From Owenia fusiformis (taxonomy: Eukaryota), in contig CAIIXF020000001.1 of assembly GCA_903813345.2 (NCBI GenBank), positions 34,844,001 to 34,908,000 on the forward strand: a DNA stretch of 64,000 bases. Reading direction: 5' to 3'. The translations under genes were made by a program, and so were the position numbers. The notes beneath the pieces were generated by a model. It ran no database searches, was not told the origin of the DNA, and worked only from the letters and a program-made list of their open reading frames with translations. Below, one piece after another: positions 61,295 to 64,000 of this stretch (position 1 is the stretch's first letter; every line of letters starts with the position of its first letter).

Positions 61295-62633
61295 TTGACT
61301 CATACACTTTGAAACTGCCCAGAAAGCACCAAATAGCATCTTGAAATTGTAAAATTTTCTAGGGGGAGTGGGCCACCCCTCACCCCAACAAAACATTTGA
61401 AAAGTTCTGAATTTATTTTATGTATTGTCTCAGACACTTTTAAAGTGCCCAGACATCATCAAATAGCTCTTTGATATAGTCAATGTTTCTGAGGGACTAA
61501 CAGTTGCTCGCCCTCTGGTATCCTAACCCCACATCCCCCTCTGGCACCCCCCCCCCCACTTGACAAAAAATGGGGAAAAAGTTATGATTTTCTCAAATTT
61601 TTTATTGACTCATACATTTTGAAAGTGCCCAGAAAGCACCAAATAACGTCTTAGAATTAGAAATTTTTTTAGGGGGAGTGGGCCACCGTTCACACCTCCA
61701 ACAAAACAATTGAAAAGTTCTGAATTTTTTTTATTTACTGTCCCCACCTCCCCCTCTGGCGCCCCCCCCTCCTTGACACCCCCCCACTCATCAATTTGAA
61801 AGTGCCCAGAAAGCACCAAATTGTAAAATTTTCTAGGGAAGTAGGCCACCCCTCACATCCCCCACAAAACAATTGACAGATATTCTGAATTTATTTCTTG
61901 TATTGTCTCAGACACTTTTAAAGTGCCCAGACTTCATCAAATAGCACCTTGATATGGTCAATGTTTTTTGGGGACAGATATGGGGGACAAACACTTGCTC
62001 CCCCTCTGGCACCCCAACCCCACCTCCCCCTCTGGCACCCCCCTTTGACACCCCCCCAAAAAAGATTGGAAAAAATCTATAAGGGGTGGATTGAGAAATC
62101 AATAAATAAATAATATTGACTCACACTTTAAAAGTGCCCAGAAAGCACAAAATATCATCTTAAAATTGTAAAATTTTCTAGGAGAGTTGCCACCCCTCAC
62201 ACTCCCAACAAAACAATTGAAAAATTCTGAATTTCATGTATTGTCTCAGACATTTTTAAAGTGCCCAGACATCATCAAATAGCACCTTGATATGGTCAGT
62301 GTTCCTGGGGGACAACCCCTTGCTTCCCCTCTGGCACCCCACCCCACCTCACCTCACCCTCTTTGACACCCCCCAAAAATTTCATTTTTTTATTGACTCA
62401 TACACTTTGAAAGTGCCCCAGAAAGCACCAAATAGCATCTGAAAAGTGTAAGATTTTTAGGGGGAGTGGGCCACTCCTTTACACCTTCCATTTTGGAAGT
62501 TGCATTTGTTAATTTTAAACACTTTAAAACTGCCCAGAAATCACCAAGTGACATAATAAAATCATAAAAATTTCTGACACCCCACTGCAAAAACTAAAGC
62601 ATCCATTTACTCAAACACATTAAAAGTGCTCAG
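61295..62633. repeat. Tandem/higher-order satellite-like array (AAAGTGCCCAGA core with C-rich tracts); degenerate continuation at ~63510-63918 ending in a CAGG-family terminus
   Basis: The core recurs at least nine times with alternating unit types; TACGGGCCTG at ~63909-63918. Confidence 0.8.
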
Positions 62634-62637
62634 AATT

Positions 62638-63504
62638 CTCGAAATCGCTGTTCCCTCTTCAAAAGAGGAGACGCGAAAATCTTTCCTTATAAGGTCAAAA
62701 TATTTCCCATGATGCAGTTCGCGGAGGAACAAATTTATACTTCCTTGTTTTCCCTCATAGGTTTAACATGGGGATTTTAACACCTATTTTTCAAACGATA
62801 TATTCGTTCATATTCCCGTACGGGGGTACAGAAAAAAGTATTAGAAACGATTGATCTTTTATTAATCTTAATATAACAGTATTTTTTTCATTGTATTGAT
62901 TCATAGCGTGGTGAAAACGATGATTGAAAAGTGAGAAAATATTCCGGAAGAGAAGGTCACATGATCAGTTGACTAGTCGCCATATTGGAAAAAACAATTC
63001 CATTCGACTTTCAATACTTTCATGCCAATCTTACCGCACTACAAACTGCATCATCGATGCAACAATGGAATAAAAGTATTCATCATCAAATTACATCATA
63101 GAGTTACGTTGAAAACCAACAAATAACTAACTAAGCAGTAGACCAAAGAAGAAGCGTTGCTATTATCTAGGTCACTCTGTTCAGTGGTCCGAAAGCCAAT
63201 CTATAGTTATCGTTTCCGAATTTTGTTGTTCATTGTACAATGTTTTATTGATTAAACTCGGTATACAGACTATTAAAGCAATGACAAAAAAGAATACTTT
63301 CGATGTTGTCATTGTTTTATTTAGCGTGCGGGTGTAAAAACAAAATTGCGTAATTAGTTTGAATTAGAACTTTCGGGTCACGCAAATAGCTACGCGGAAT
63401 GCATAGTGAGAAAATATAAACCAATCAAATTTTGTCCTTTTTGAGTGCTTTTTCAGTGCATATTTGCGAACGTTCTGATTCAAAGAGCGAATCGCGAAAG
63501 GGAG
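62638..63504 (-). mobile_element. ~860-bp AATT-flanked element, copy 2, inserted in a tandem array
   Basis: Reverse complement of 34371-35229; AATT at 62634-62637 and 63505-63508. Confidence 0.8.
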
Positions 63505-64000
63505 AATTAAACAGACAGCATCTTGAATTAGTTAAATCTTCCTTCGCCCCCCTAAGAAGAAAATGATTGAAAAAAATCTGAATTTCTTTAAATTGATTCT
63601 ATTCTGGATACTTGAAAGTGTCCAGAAATCACTGAATGTGATCTTTAACTGGTAAAAGTTCTCGGGTGAACATTTATGCCCTTCTAGCACACCCTCTCCC
63701 TATTCAAATGTTTCTCCAAATTGCTCATACAATATTTAGTCTAAAAACAATAAAATACTACAAAATAAGCTGAGTGGCCCCAAATATAGGGAGTAACTGA
63801 CCCCCCCCCCCCCCCCTCTGACTTATGCGATTTGATTTATGCGGCAAAAAATTGACAATTTTATATTCTCTTTAGTGAGAACCTCACCCCCCTTGGAGAA
63901 AAGTGTCTTACGGGCCTGGGGTTTAAATTGCACTTGGGTTTGATCAGAATCGATAGGTAGTATTATAATAGAAAACCCCAGAAGGCAACAATTGAAATAC

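Noticed and set aside
56644..62590. Short ORFs with repeated FKMAAIF or SGHFK motifs
   Set aside because: They are translations of tandem-repeat units.

Overview
AT-rich, intron-containing eukaryotic DNA. The gene and repeat content points to a marine invertebrate, probably a lophotrochozoan such as a mollusc or annelid (inference only). No prokaryotic operon or CRISPR signal is present. Host genes: (1) the first two coding exons of an XK-related (Xkr/CED-8 family) scramblase on the minus strand, continuing off the left edge; (2) two complete tandem paralogues on the minus strand, each with 10 coding exons, encoding secreted signal peptide-propeptide(RxKR)-CAP/SCP-EGF-like-ShKT proteins (352 and 353 aa), reconstructed by hand with consistent splice phases and mostly invisible in the ORF track; (3) a probable first coding exon on the plus strand with an RRKQxNP motif behind an NRF1/CRE/ETS-type promoter. 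Most of the remainder is transposon-derived: two 5'-truncated LINEs with clear target-site duplications, Tc1/mariner relics, TTAA Kolobok-like elements, CAC...GTG 5-bp-TSD Transib-like MITEs, 9-bp-TSD TAG...CTA mini-elements, Helentron-like elements carrying ~148-bp tandem arrays, a tRNA-derived SINE, and several nested insertions.
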